A DNA stretch of 64,000 bases, taken from contig CP064974.1 of the NCBI GenBank assembly GCA_016699385.1, positions 692,654 to 756,653 of the forward strand, written 5' to 3'. Position numbers and translations under genes: made by a program. Below the pieces are notes generated by a model. That model had not been told where the DNA came from. It saw only the letters and a list, made by a program, of their open reading frames with translations, and did no database searches. The DNA comes from Candidatus Moraniibacteriota bacterium. Lineage in GTDB: Bacteria; Patescibacteriota; Minisyncoccia; Moranbacterales; UBA1568. Positions 38,061 through 48,033 of the stretch are shown one piece after another (the first letter of the stretch is position 1; every line of letters starts with the position of its first letter).

Positions 38061-38101
38061 AAAAATCGGGGGCGGATGGGAATTCATTTCCACATCCGCC
38101 C
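38061..38101 (-). terminator. Intrinsic terminator-like hairpin (9-bp GC stem GGGCGGATG/CATCCGCCC) followed by TTTTTT on the minus strand, 28 nt upstream of the O-antigen ligase start
   Basis: Read directly from the sequence. On the minus strand it reads hairpin, then CGA, then TTTTTT. Confidence 0.45.
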
Positions 38102-38420
38102 AAAAATATTACCGGTAACTGCCGCGGAATCCACCCTGTCCTGGACGGACAAGGCTATTCTGACGACGATTCTGAGACTTATGATTACCCCCGCTCTGAT
38201 GAGAATAATCAGATTTTGTCCATCCAATCACCATGGCGACATTCTGCAACTCAGCAGAGCTACCAACGTTGATGGAGACAACATTACCACCAGTTCTTAT
38301 TTGCAGCATTTCTCTTCCTCCGAAAGTGGTCGTCTTTTGGCGACCTGTTAAAAAAACTTCCGACCGTTTGAAAATCTCGAACTCCTCAGCTCAAGACTCT
38401 AAACAAAGTGGCATCAGACA

Positions 38421-38762
38421 TCAGGACTGAATAATTCTTAAATACTCTTTCCTCATGCCATAAAACAATGCGTATTCTACATCTTCTGGCGTTACAACAA
38501 AATATTCAGGATCTCTGATATAATGAGAATCTTCCGTCAAAATAACACGGAGACGACGCCCTAATAGTTCTCCGAAACAAGAAGATCTTGCCTCTTCTTC
38601 AGAGCATTTGACTTCGTAAACTTCCTCCGAAACATCCACCTCAGAAAAAGAGTGAGGGGATCCTTTTTTGGCTCCCGGGGTAGAACTGCACTTCATTTTC
38701 ATACCACCCTCCTTTCGGGTGAGAAAAAATTCTGACAAACATTCCCTGTCAAAGAACCACAC
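38421..38762 (-). CDS. Hypothetical protein
   Basis: ORF only, with no recognisable motif. It could be shorter (internal MKMK start). Confidence 0.2.
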   Translation of the reverse strand: MWFFDRECLSEFFLTRKEGGMKMKCSSTPGAKKGSPHSFSEVDVSEEVYEVKCSEEEARSSCFGELLGRRLRVILTEDSHYIRDPEYFVVTPEDVEYALFYGMRKEYLRIIQS

Positions 38763-38909
38763 GTTTTCTATCCTAGCACAAGACCACTATTCTGTCAATA
38801 TAAACCGACATAAATGGCATATCAGCGGTATTTTCTCGAGAGAAAAGCAAGAAAACAGCCAGTCATGACTGTTTTCTTTGCTCCCTTTTTCTCATCACTA
38901 GGCACTCGC

Positions 38910-40709
38910 TCACTTCCCCTTCCGTCCCGCTTTCACGCGATCGTTCTCCGTGAGAAATTGCTTGCGGAGGCGGACACTTTCGGGAGTGATTTCGAGATAT
39001 TCGTCGCCAGACATCACTTCGAGTCCGCGCTCGATAGAGAGTGTCCATGGTGGCGTGAGCTGTATCGCATCATCAGCGCCAGAAGAACGCATGTTTGTAA
39101 GCTGTTTGCCTTTGGTCGGATTGACACTCATGTCATCCCCCTTCGAGGCATTGCCGATTACCTGTCCTTCATAAACATCCGTTGCGGCGCCAATATAGAG
39201 CACACCACGCTCCTGCAAATTCCAAAGCGAGAAACCGAGCGCCTTTCCTGTCGCCATCGAAATCATCGAACCGACGCTTCGGTGTTCGATATTCCCCACA
39301 TGCGGACGAAACTCCAGAAATCGCGAAGAAAGTATTCCTTCACCCTTTGTATCAACGGTAAATTGCCCGCGATACCCCAAAAGTCCGCGCGTCGGAATCT
39401 CAAAGAGGAGTCGGGAGTCATTTCCCTGCCCTTGCTTCATATCGATCATGATGCCCTTGCGCTTGCCCATCCGCTCGATAACCACACCTGAGTATTCCGT
39501 CGGCACATCCACCGTCACCTCTTCAAACGGCTCGCATTTCTTGCCGTCGATTTCCTTCATAATAACTTTTGGCTGAGACACCTGACATTCATAGCCCTCG
39601 CGACGCATCGTTTCCAAGAGAATCGCGATATGAAGCTCGCCACGCCCAGACACGAGGAAATTCTCGCCCGAATCAAAATCAATCTTGAGCCCCACATTTA
39701 TCTCGAGCTCGCGACGCAAACGCTCGCGAATTTGCTCTCGCGTGACAAACTTCCCCTCCCGTCCAGCAAAGGGCGAATCATTCACGAGGAAATGCAGAGT
39801 AATCGTCGGCTCATCAATCGCAATCGACGGAAGATTTTCCACTTCTTTGGTATGAGCAATCGTATCGCCGATATACACATCCGCAATGCCGGAGATAAGC
39901 GCAATATCACCCGCAGACACTTCCGGCGATTCTTCGCGATTCATACCACGGAAGGTGAAAATTTTGGTAATGCGCCCCGAAGAAACTTCGCCTGTCGGCT
40001 TCTTGGCAAATACGGTGTCACCCACCTTTGCCGAGCCTTCGTAGACACGACAGATAGCGAGTCGCCCGAGGAAATTGTCATAGCCGAGATTGAACGGTTG
40101 AGCGCGAAACGGCGAAGCGGTATCCTGCCCCGCTGCCGGCACTGCTTCGAGAATCGTGTCGAGGAGCGGCGAGAGGTCCGACGACTCATCAGCCATATTC
40201 CGCTTGGCGATTCCCTGCTTGGCAATCGCATACACTGTCTTGAATTCCAACTGCTCATCCGTCGCTCCCAAGTCAAGGAAAAGCTCAAACACCTGGTCGA
40301 GTACCCACTCGACGCGCGCCGCCGGCTTGTCCACCTTATTGATGACGACAATCGGTTTGAGCCCAAGTTCAAGCGACTTCTTGAGCACAAATCGCGTCTG
40401 AGGCATCGGACCCTCCTGCGCATCGACGACGAGAAGCACCGAATCAATCGAGCGAAGCACACGCTCTACTTCACTGCCAAAGTCCGCATGCCCAGGAGTA
40501 TCGACAATATTTACTTTCGTCTCCTTATAAAACAACGCCGCGTTCTTGGAATAAATCGTGATACCACGCTCCTGCTCAAGCGCATTCGAATCCATGCTCG
40601 CCCCCTCCTCAGTCATGCCTGTTTGGCGCATCAAAGCATCGGTCAGGGTTGTCTTCCCGTGATCGACGTGCGCGATAATAGCGATATTTCGGATTTCCAT
40701 AAGCAACAC
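38910..40709 (-). CDS. typA: Translational GTPase TypA/BipA
   Basis: G1-G4 motifs ([19 protein letters not shown]), EF-G-like domains and a C-terminal BipA domain. 599 aa. Confidence 0.9.
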   Translation of the reverse strand: MLLMEIRNIAIIAHVDHGKTTLTDALMRQTGMTEEGASMDSNALEQERGITIYSKNAALFYKETKVNIVDTPGHADFGSEVERVLRSIDSVLLVVDAQEGPMPQTRFVLKKSLELGLKPIVVINKVDKPAARVEWVLDQVFELFLDLGATDEQLEFKTVYAIAKQGIAKRNMADESSDLSPLLDTILEAVPAAGQDTASPFRAQPFNLGYDNFLGRLAICRVYEGSAKVGDTVFAKKPTGEVSSGRITKIFTFRGMNREESPEVSAGDIALISGIADVYIGDTIAHTKEVENLPSIAIDEPTITLHFLVNDSPFAGREGKFVTREQIRERLRRELEINVGLKIDFDSGENFLVSGRGELHIAILLETMRREGYECQVSQPKVIMKEIDGKKCEPFEEVTVDVPTEYSGVVIERMGKRKGIMIDMKQGQGNDSRLLFEIPTRGLLGYRGQFTVDTKGEGILSSRFLEFRPHVGNIEHRSVGSMISMATGKALGFSLWNLQERGVLYIGAATDVYEGQVIGNASKGDDMSVNPTKGKQLTNMRSSGADDAIQLTPPWTLSIERGLEVMSGDEYLEITPESVRLRKQFLTENDRVKAGRKGK

Positions 40710-41105
40710 TTTAGCGCGAAAGAAGTGAAAACAAAAAAACCAACAAAAAACGGCTCTTGCCGCAGAAGTCTTGACAGACTACCAAAGAAACCCAAATTTG
40801 TCAAAAGTCAGGCACCTTGCCTTTTCGGCAATAAAAAACTCTTGCTCATATCGCTATACACAGAGTATGGGACGAGAGCAAGAGTAAAAATCAGCACTTT
40901 CTATTTCGCCAAGAGGCTACATCCAACCGTGAAGTCGGTGATGAATGCGAGCGAGCATGTCATAGACAATCCATCGCCACTTTCCCCGAGTCCATTGCTG
41001 AACAGATTTCGTATCAAACCACTCATTCGAAAGGAAATCTGTCGCGAAAGCAATTCGCACTCCAAATATTTTCGTGCGATGGAATCCAGTTTGAAAATCG
41101 GTGAT

Positions 41106-41504
41106 TTATGAAGATGCAAGAGCTTGACGTACTCGCTTTACCATATCAGGAAGTGCAATATTCGATTTCACGATATAATCAAGCGCGCCAAGCTCTTTGG
41201 CGTGCGCAATATCTTTTCCCTGACTCAAGTTCGACATCACAATCACACGAATATCTGACAGAGCCGCATCCGCACGAAAGTCAGCAAGCACCTGAAAGCC
41301 GTCCTTGAGTGGGATCATGATATCAAGAAGCACAAGATCCGGCTTCCGTTCATGAGCCTTTCGAATCGCTTCTTCACCATCTCGCGCAAGGTCAACCTCA
41401 AATCCCTCAAGGACTAGCTTTCTCTCGTAAACATCCGAGATGAACTCATCATCTTCGACAATGAGTATATATTTCATAGATTGCTGCACATTCTTATTGT
41501 TCAT
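41106..41504 (-). CDS. Stand-alone response regulator receiver domain (CheY-like)
   Basis: DD acidic pocket, phospho-acceptor D in LVLLDIMIP, conserved T/S and K. No output domain. Confidence 0.85.
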   Translation of the reverse strand: MNNKNVQQSMKYILIVEDDEFISDVYERKLVLEGFEVDLARDGEEAIRKAHERKPDLVLLDIMIPLKDGFQVLADFRADAALSDIRVIVMSNLSQGKDIAHAKELGALDYIVKSNIALPDMVKRVRQALASS

Positions 41505-41522
41505 AGGAAAACTAGCAAAATA

Positions 41523-43217
41523 TTATTTTTTAGCAAGTGGAAGCTCAACAAGAAAAGTTGTTCCTTTTCCCTCTTTACTTTCAAATGAAACGCGACCACC
41601 CATCTCTTCAACAAAATTCTTTACTACAGCAAGTCCCAATCCTGATCCTTCGGTCTTCCAACGAAGCGCATTCGAGGCTCGGAAGAATTTCCCAAATATT
41701 TTCTCGCGCTCTGATTTCGGAATGCCGATACCCGTATCGGAAACCGAGAAGACAATCTTGTCTTCTGTAGTTGTATCCAGATGAATCGTAACTGTTGATC
41801 CCGAAGGGCTGTATTTCACGGCATTATGGATGAGATTTTCACACACTTCATGAAGACGCCGTGGGAACGACAGCACTTTCCAACTATTCGATTTTTTCGA
41901 TGGAGCAAAGTCGATATGCACGCCGGATTTCTCAGCGAGCGATTGCAATTCCCCAAGAACCGTCGATATTGTCTCGACAACACCAACCGCTTCGGATGAT
42001 TCAGGATCCTGCCCCGCATCAAGCAGTGCAACATTCAAAAGATCATTGATAAGTCCGATCATACGAAGCGTATTCGCGTGTATCTTTTTCACAGTTTCCG
42101 TGGCTTCCGGAGAAATCTCTCCAACATCACCACCAAGCAGCATCTCCATATTCCATCGCATTCCCGAAAGCGGTGTCCGAAGCTGATGCGCTGCAACAGA
42201 GAGGAAGCGGTCTTTGGCGTTATCCATCGCGCGTTCTTCCGTCATATCCTTGAAAACAATCATGCATCCAAGCAACCGATTGTCGTCGGAGTGAATCGGA
42301 TTGATAGAGTACGAAATTGGCAATGTCTCCAAACCCTTACGAACCAACAAACCGCGAGTGTCCTCCAGAGAAGACTTCTTCGTAATTATCTGCTCGAGAA
42401 AATCTATCGGGACATTCGGACGTTTCTCAGTTGCAAGCGAAAAGAAATCCTGACATCGGTTCCCCAATACAGACTGAGATTTGACATCATACTCCGGAAT
42501 ACCGAGAATACTCCCCGCCGCCTCATTGAGAAAGAGGATATTCCCACCAAGATCAACAGCTATAACGCCATCACCAATAGATTGCAAGAAGCGAAGAACC
42601 GAATCACGCTCTTCTTTCTCTCGACCAAGTGATTCATTCGCAACTTTCAAATCCTCCGATTGAGCCACCAGTTGCTTTTCATACTGACGCCGTTTGGTAA
42701 TATCTCGTTCAACACCAACAAAGAAACGAACGTCTCCTTGTTCATCGAGAAGTGGAGAAACGCCGATTTCTGCTATGTACTGCTCGCCTGACTTCCGCCT
42801 ATTCGTCACCTCACCCGAAAATCGTTTTTTCTGTTCCTTGATAGTCTTCCAAAAATTCTTGTAGAAATCAATTCCCATTTGACCTCCCCACAACGCCGGA
42901 GTTTTCCCGAGTATTTCATCAATCGAGAAGCCCGTAATATGTTCGACTGCTGGGTTGGCATAAAGTACAGTACCATCCGGATCAGTGATGACCATATGGT
43001 CAAAACTCCCTTCCGCCGCCATACGGAATTTCTTCAATTCATCAGCCTGATCTCGAAGCTGACCCTCAAGAATACGTGCATCATCAAGTACGTTGAGTAT
43101 CGCTTTCTCCGTATCCTCGAGCTGATGAACTTTCTTCTCAAGATCACGCACATACTCTGCCGAAACAGGCGTGCTTTCCAAATCCAATACCCCTTGTGAT
43201 TTCGTAGCGTGTGGCAT
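41523..43217 (-). CDS. Cytoplasmic PAS-domain sensor histidine kinase
   Basis: Two or three PAS-like segments, HisKA H-box (LSVAAHQLRTPLSGM) and HATPase_c N, G1 and G2 boxes (NLIHNAVKYS, DTGIGI, GSGLGLA). No TM helix. Confidence 0.85.
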   Translation of the reverse strand: MPHATKSQGVLDLESTPVSAEYVRDLEKKVHQLEDTEKAILNVLDDARILEGQLRDQADELKKFRMAAEGSFDHMVITDPDGTVLYANPAVEHITGFSIDEILGKTPALWGGQMGIDFYKNFWKTIKEQKKRFSGEVTNRRKSGEQYIAEIGVSPLLDEQGDVRFFVGVERDITKRRQYEKQLVAQSEDLKVANESLGREKEERDSVLRFLQSIGDGVIAVDLGGNILFLNEAAGSILGIPEYDVKSQSVLGNRCQDFFSLATEKRPNVPIDFLEQIITKKSSLEDTRGLLVRKGLETLPISYSINPIHSDDNRLLGCMIVFKDMTEERAMDNAKDRFLSVAAHQLRTPLSGMRWNMEMLLGGDVGEISPEATETVKKIHANTLRMIGLINDLLNVALLDAGQDPESSEAVGVVETISTVLGELQSLAEKSGVHIDFAPSKKSNSWKVLSFPRRLHEVCENLIHNAVKYSPSGSTVTIHLDTTTEDKIVFSVSDTGIGIPKSEREKIFGKFFRASNALRWKTEGSGLGLAVVKNFVEEMGGRVSFESKEGKGTTFLVELPLAKK

Positions 43218-43231
43218 AGAAAAAATTTCGA

Positions 43232-44782
43232 TCAGTTATGTTTCTTGTCGATGAGTTTTCGACACTCGCCTATTTCCTTCTTGAGTTCGATCATGCGAAG
43301 CTCTCGACTCACCATGATAGCATTCAAACGCTCGGTCTCTTTTCGCTTCTGCACCTCTGCCTCCTCTAGCTCTTTCCGTTCAGTTATATCGACCGCCGTA
43401 TGGAGAAATCCCAAGAAGACACCGGATGAATTCGAAAATGGAACGCTATTGTCGAGCATCCATCGATACTGATTCTTCGCCAGCGAAACACGATATTCCA
43501 TCCGAAGAGGCTTCCGATTCTCAAATGCAGAGACGCACTGCGCGCGATATCCAGGCTCGTCATCAGGATGAATACTCTTCTGCCACACCTCCGTGAAATG
43601 TTCTTTCGAAGTCTCTCCGATGAGCAACAAGGTTTGTTTGTTTACATAGAGACACTTCCGTTCCCTATCAATCATCCAGAGAAACGCCGGCATGGTATCC
43701 GCAATCGTTTGAAACCGACGCTCAGCGAGATCACCTCGCTCACGCACCTGCAAGAGCGATCGAAGCATCGCATTAATCTCTTCGGCGAGTTTTGCAATCT
43801 CATCGCTCCCAGAGAATTCTATACCCGATTTCGACACTCCTCTCTCTCTTGCATGAGCGAGCGAGCGGCTCAGATAGTTCACACGAGAAAGTACTGCCCA
43901 ATGAAGTAAGAAAAAAATAAGTAATGTTGAGACCAAGAAAAAGCCAATCAAAGAAAGTACGACAATTATCTTTGATACACCAAATGCTGTGGGTATCGCC
44001 CGTTCAATCTTATAAAACAGCAGCGGACTCCCAAATACATCCGCAACGAATCCGTAGCCAGAAATAGTTGCCTCTCCAACAAAAGTCTTAGGTTTATTGG
44101 AAGATGTGAGTTGACCCGCAATATTCGCAAAATCCGATGGAAAACTCTTTGATCCATACAACTCGAATGAAACAGGGTATCCGAGAAAATTGGATATTCC
44201 ATAGCGATATGAGTCATCAATCATCTTCACAAACGCCAATGTCCCGCGAGATGGTCCCTCTCCATGCGACGTCATAATCGGTCGCGTCGCGATAAATGCA
44301 AGTCCTGATGAAAGTTGAATAATCCCCGAATGCACCTCTGTATTGGAATCAAATGTCGAAAGGAGAGAACCCGGTTTAAGTTGATCTTCAACATCATCAG
44401 GAACGGGAATCTGTTCCCGAGTCTTCATGTCCACTCCCTGTCGCGCAAGCACCGTCCCGTCCCGCTTGGCGATAACGATGAAGTTCACACCAAGAACATC
44501 AAGGGAGTCCGTTGGAAGATTCGACTTGACAAACTCTTCCGTTGGCGCACCTGCAAACGAATACATATCATCCCATTGCGACCAATCAAGAAGCTGATGA
44601 TCCAGAGTCCGCATATCTCTCGCAATCACCCGACCCGTCCACTCAACATTCTCTTGAACAGCATGCTGTTCATTCTCAACAAGTCGCCCCAAGAAGAAAA
44701 TGCCAAGCCACGCATAGAGAGCAATCAAGACACCTTCCAATGCATATGCCACAATGAAAAATATTTTCTTTTGCAGAGTCAT
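43232..44782 (-). CDS. Membrane-anchored sensor protein with a periplasmic domain and a C-terminal PAS domain (no kinase domain)
   Basis: N-terminal TM, extracytoplasmic domain of about 250 aa, second TM, then a PAS domain (FQTIADTMPAFLWMIDRERKCLYVN...RMEYRVSLAKNQYRWM) and a coiled coil. Confidence 0.5.
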   Translation of the reverse strand: MTLQKKIFFIVAYALEGVLIALYAWLGIFFLGRLVENEQHAVQENVEWTGRVIARDMRTLDHQLLDWSQWDDMYSFAGAPTEEFVKSNLPTDSLDVLGVNFIVIAKRDGTVLARQGVDMKTREQIPVPDDVEDQLKPGSLLSTFDSNTEVHSGIIQLSSGLAFIATRPIMTSHGEGPSRGTLAFVKMIDDSYRYGISNFLGYPVSFELYGSKSFPSDFANIAGQLTSSNKPKTFVGEATISGYGFVADVFGSPLLFYKIERAIPTAFGVSKIIVVLSLIGFFLVSTLLIFFLLHWAVLSRVNYLSRSLAHARERGVSKSGIEFSGSDEIAKLAEEINAMLRSLLQVRERGDLAERRFQTIADTMPAFLWMIDRERKCLYVNKQTLLLIGETSKEHFTEVWQKSIHPDDEPGYRAQCVSAFENRKPLRMEYRVSLAKNQYRWMLDNSVPFSNSSGVFLGFLHTAVDITERKELEEAEVQKRKETERLNAIMVSRELRMIELKKEIGECRKLIDKKHN

Positions 44783-44839
44783 AAAAAATTGCTTCGTTTT
44801 ATTTTCTTGAGGAAAAAGGTTCGAAAAAACACCGGGCGC

Positions 44840-47092
44840 CTACTCATATCGAAGGGCATTTAGCGCAGATATTTTCGTCGCGCGTCGCGCCGGATAGAGC
44901 CCAGTCAACACGCCGACAGCGAGAGAAAATATGAGAATGGTAACTACGAAAAGATTTGGTATATATGCCACATCAAGAACACCGAGATTTTTATCACGGA
45001 AAAATGCCACAGTAGAAATAAGCACGCCAATCGATTTGCCAGCAAGAAATCCCAAGAAAAGGCCGAGGACACCGCCAAAAAACGACATCACCATAGACTC
45101 AGTGAGAAAAAGCTCCTGCACCTCGAACGCCTTCATGCCCATTGCTTTCATGAGTCCGACTTCGCGTGTTCGTTCAAGAAGTGAAACGGTCAACGTATTG
45201 AACATACCGAGCGCTGCAACACCAAGCGCTGCCATACCAAGAAGCGCAAGCACAATACGAGCTGTTCCAAAGAAGTTATTGATCTGCTCCACCGTATCCG
45301 CAACAGATGTCGTCACATATCCCGTACCTTCGACTTGTCGACGAACATTTGCGAGCGATTCTTGAGTGGCAACCGTCAGTTTCACTTGGGAATAGTTGGT
45401 CACACCAAGTGTCCGCACATCAATGAAAGGAATATAGAATACGGGAGTCTTGTCATCAGGGATAACGCCGATAATCGAATATTCCGACTCGACGGATTCA
45501 ATCTTTTGCGCCTTACCACCAAACAATGCTCCGGTAATAACAAAAGACACATTGAACTTTTTGCCAACTGCTTCTGATTCAGAAAGTGAAAGTACCTGAA
45601 GCATCGCGCGATTCACAACCGCCTCACGTTTTGCCGCCTCTCCAAGCGTCGCTTGCTCAACCGTTTTGTCTCCCTTTGACGTATCGCCAAGATCAATTTC
45701 CACCCACTCACCATCGGATGCAGATACCTTGATATTGTTCACCGTCGACGATGAATCGGTCGCGGAATCAGTTGTACTAGCAGAGGCTTCTGTTGTTGCA
45801 GCAGTCTCTGTAGACGCTGTCGCCTCGGTACTTTCACCAAGCACAAGACCCGAGTCATCAAGCGATGTTTCATGAGCCTTGTCTATCGGAGTAACAACAA
45901 TATCCTCATCCACAAGAGCAAAGTATCCCTGTTCAACCAGAACCAATCCATCAGCGCCTTTCATCGAGGTGAAGCCCCCGGCACATTCATCCGAAGAATC
46001 GCACTGGGAAGATTTCTCCCACAAAGAAGTTTCGATTGAAATCCATTTCCCCAAGGTCTCTCCATGGGAATCTTGATATGCTTCCCCTGAATGAGAAACC
46101 GTGCTCCCATACGGCTTCCCTGCAACGATATCACCATCAATAGGGATACGAGAAAGTCGACTATATCCGAGAAGTCGCGATTTCGGATCAGGAGATTCTC
46201 GCAGTCGAACCCACACTATCGAAGGTGTTTGCACCGAAGCCGGCTCGAGGATATCGCCGAAACCTTCGGGAGACAGAGGAGCCGAATCGGACACGCCAGC
46301 AACCGTTTCCGTCGTTGGAAGGCTCGCTGAGAGATCATTACTCTCAAATATCGTGCCAGACGATGGTTGGATTGCCGATTGGCGAAGATAATCCGACGTC
46401 ACCGCATAGACAGCCATATCCGACACCGATCCCTGATAATTCACTTTGCCGACCACTGCAACAAGCGGTGCAACCGATTCGACATTTGGAATCTCCCGCA
46501 TGTTCGCAAGTGTTTCATCGTTTATCTTCACCTTACCGCCTGCCTGAGGAGACACATCCATTTGTCGCATCTCTTCGAGTCTCGCCACTTGGGAGATTAC
46601 CAGCCGCTGGACACCATACCCAAGCGAGACAAGAAATACAATCGAGGCAATACCGAGTGCCATACCTCCGATAGTAATTGCTGTTCGAGTCTTCTTCACC
46701 TTCATATTGCGAACAGCAATACCAATAAGACTGATACGATCGATAGACTGTCGTCGTTCGATACGAAAAAGTTTCTCAATTTTGCTATAGAGTGCCGCAA
46801 ACATTTCTTCACTCGAACGCGGAGACGGACGACGAATAATCTTGAGCACTCGACCATACGCCGAAAACACCCCACGCGCAACAATGTAAAACAAGAGAAG
46901 TACCACAAAGAGAACCAATCGAAGAAATGTGCTCTTAAAAAACTCAGGAATCCCCACTATCCATCGCCACAGCCGCACAAAAAACGCGACGTGTTGAAGA
47001 GGAGCAGAGACTTCAAGAATCGCCACACCATGTGCGGCAGCATCTTGAACATCTTTGATCGGTTTTTTCTTTCCAAAGAAAGGGAAATGCAT
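44840..47092 (-). CDS. MacB-like ABC transporter permease (FtsX family) with a large extracytoplasmic domain
   Basis: N-terminal TM, an extracellular domain of about 500 aa, and a C-terminal FtsX three-TM bundle (...VLGLFLGFLAGKSIG...LYPARRATKISALNALRYE). Confidence 0.65.
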   Translation of the reverse strand: MHFPFFGKKKPIKDVQDAAAHGVAILEVSAPLQHVAFFVRLWRWIVGIPEFFKSTFLRLVLFVVLLLFYIVARGVFSAYGRVLKIIRRPSPRSSEEMFAALYSKIEKLFRIERRQSIDRISLIGIAVRNMKVKKTRTAITIGGMALGIASIVFLVSLGYGVQRLVISQVARLEEMRQMDVSPQAGGKVKINDETLANMREIPNVESVAPLVAVVGKVNYQGSVSDMAVYAVTSDYLRQSAIQPSSGTIFESNDLSASLPTTETVAGVSDSAPLSPEGFGDILEPASVQTPSIVWVRLRESPDPKSRLLGYSRLSRIPIDGDIVAGKPYGSTVSHSGEAYQDSHGETLGKWISIETSLWEKSSQCDSSDECAGGFTSMKGADGLVLVEQGYFALVDEDIVVTPIDKAHETSLDDSGLVLGESTEATASTETAATTEASASTTDSATDSSSTVNNIKVSASDGEWVEIDLGDTSKGDKTVEQATLGEAAKREAVVNRAMLQVLSLSESEAVGKKFNVSFVITGALFGGKAQKIESVESEYSIIGVIPDDKTPVFYIPFIDVRTLGVTNYSQVKLTVATQESLANVRRQVEGTGYVTTSVADTVEQINNFFGTARIVLALLGMAALGVAALGMFNTLTVSLLERTREVGLMKAMGMKAFEVQELFLTESMVMSFFGGVLGLFLGFLAGKSIGVLISTVAFFRDKNLGVLDVAYIPNLFVVTILIFSLAVGVLTGLYPARRATKISALNALRYE

Positions 47093-47113
47093 AGAAAGGC
47101 TCCTTGAGAAAAT

Positions 47114-48025
47114 TTATGTCGCAGGCTGGGAAGCTTGTTTTCCGCCACTCGACCCTCCATACGAAAACACGATTGGTTCAGCATTTGGATCTTCTTCGAT
47201 ACCCGCACCCTGCTGAATACTCACACCTCGTTTATACTTCAACTCTTTTTCCAAATTCGCTTTTTCTTCGCCTCGATAAATTCCGAGGAGATGACCGTCT
47301 CGCATAGAGAGTGCCGTCTTTGCATACGCGAGATACTCGAGGTCATGCGTCACCATGATGAGCGTCTTTCCATTTTCATTCAGAGACCGGAGAAGTTTCA
47401 ACAACATTTCACCGGCATCGTAGTCGAGATTTCCCGTCGGTTCATCCGCAATAATCACTTCCGGATCGGTAATAAGTGCCCGCGCCACAGCGATGCGCTG
47501 TTGCTGTCCACTCGAGAGATCCATCGGGTGATATTCCGCCCAATCAATAAGCTCTACCGAGCGAAGCGCTTCTCTCGCCCGTTCAAATGCCGCCAGCCGA
47601 TCCCATCCAAGCAAGAACAAGGGAAACGCGATATTTTCCAAAACGCTCAAAGATTTCACCCAATTCGACTGCTGATACACCATGCCAATGTGTTTTTTGC
47701 GAAACTCCGATCGGACATCCTCTTCTATTCCCGGACCATACAAATTCTTTCCGAGAAATGTCATATCCCCTTTCGACGGTCCCTCAAGTCCAAGAATAAT
47801 ATGAAGAAGCGTCGACTTTCCGCATCCGGAAGGACCAAACACGATTAAGAAATCCGATCGTTCCACAGTGAAACTGATGCCCTTCAAAACGTCAATGACC
47901 TGCGCCCCAACATGGAAGGATTTATACACATCCGTCACCGTAATGACCGATTCCCCTGCTTGAGGAACCGATTCATACCCTCCGGAAAAAGGCTGTTGCG
48001 AAAGAGGAGTAATGACTTCTGACAT
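47114..48025 (-). CDS. ABC transporter ATP-binding protein (MacB/LolD-like)
   Basis: Walker A GPSGCGKST, Q-loop, ABC signature LSSGQQQRIAVARAL, Walker B IIADEPT, H-loop. It has a C-terminal extension of about 70 aa. Confidence 0.9.
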   Translation of the reverse strand: MSEVITPLSQQPFSGGYESVPQAGESVITVTDVYKSFHVGAQVIDVLKGISFTVERSDFLIVFGPSGCGKSTLLHIILGLEGPSKGDMTFLGKNLYGPGIEEDVRSEFRKKHIGMVYQQSNWVKSLSVLENIAFPLFLLGWDRLAAFERAREALRSVELIDWAEYHPMDLSSGQQQRIAVARALITDPEVIIADEPTGNLDYDAGEMLLKLLRSLNENGKTLIMVTHDLEYLAYAKTALSMRDGHLLGIYRGEEKANLEKELKYKRGVSIQQGAGIEEDPNAEPIVFSYGGSSGGKQASQPAT

Positions 48026-48033
48026 AACAAAGT

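Noticed and set aside
37560-38351. 263-aa His/Arg/Lys-rich plus-strand ORF
   Set aside because: It lies antisense to the polytopic O-antigen-ligase-like gene and has extreme basic low-complexity composition.
39630-41111. 493-aa plus-strand ORF
   Set aside because: It lies antisense to typA/bipA, whose GTPase motifs are unambiguous. It is an Arg-rich shadow frame.
44315-47848. Plus-strand ORFs 44315-44863, 46367-47107, 47135-47848 and others
   Set aside because: They lie antisense to the sensor, FtsX permease and ABC ATPase genes, all of which have clear motifs.
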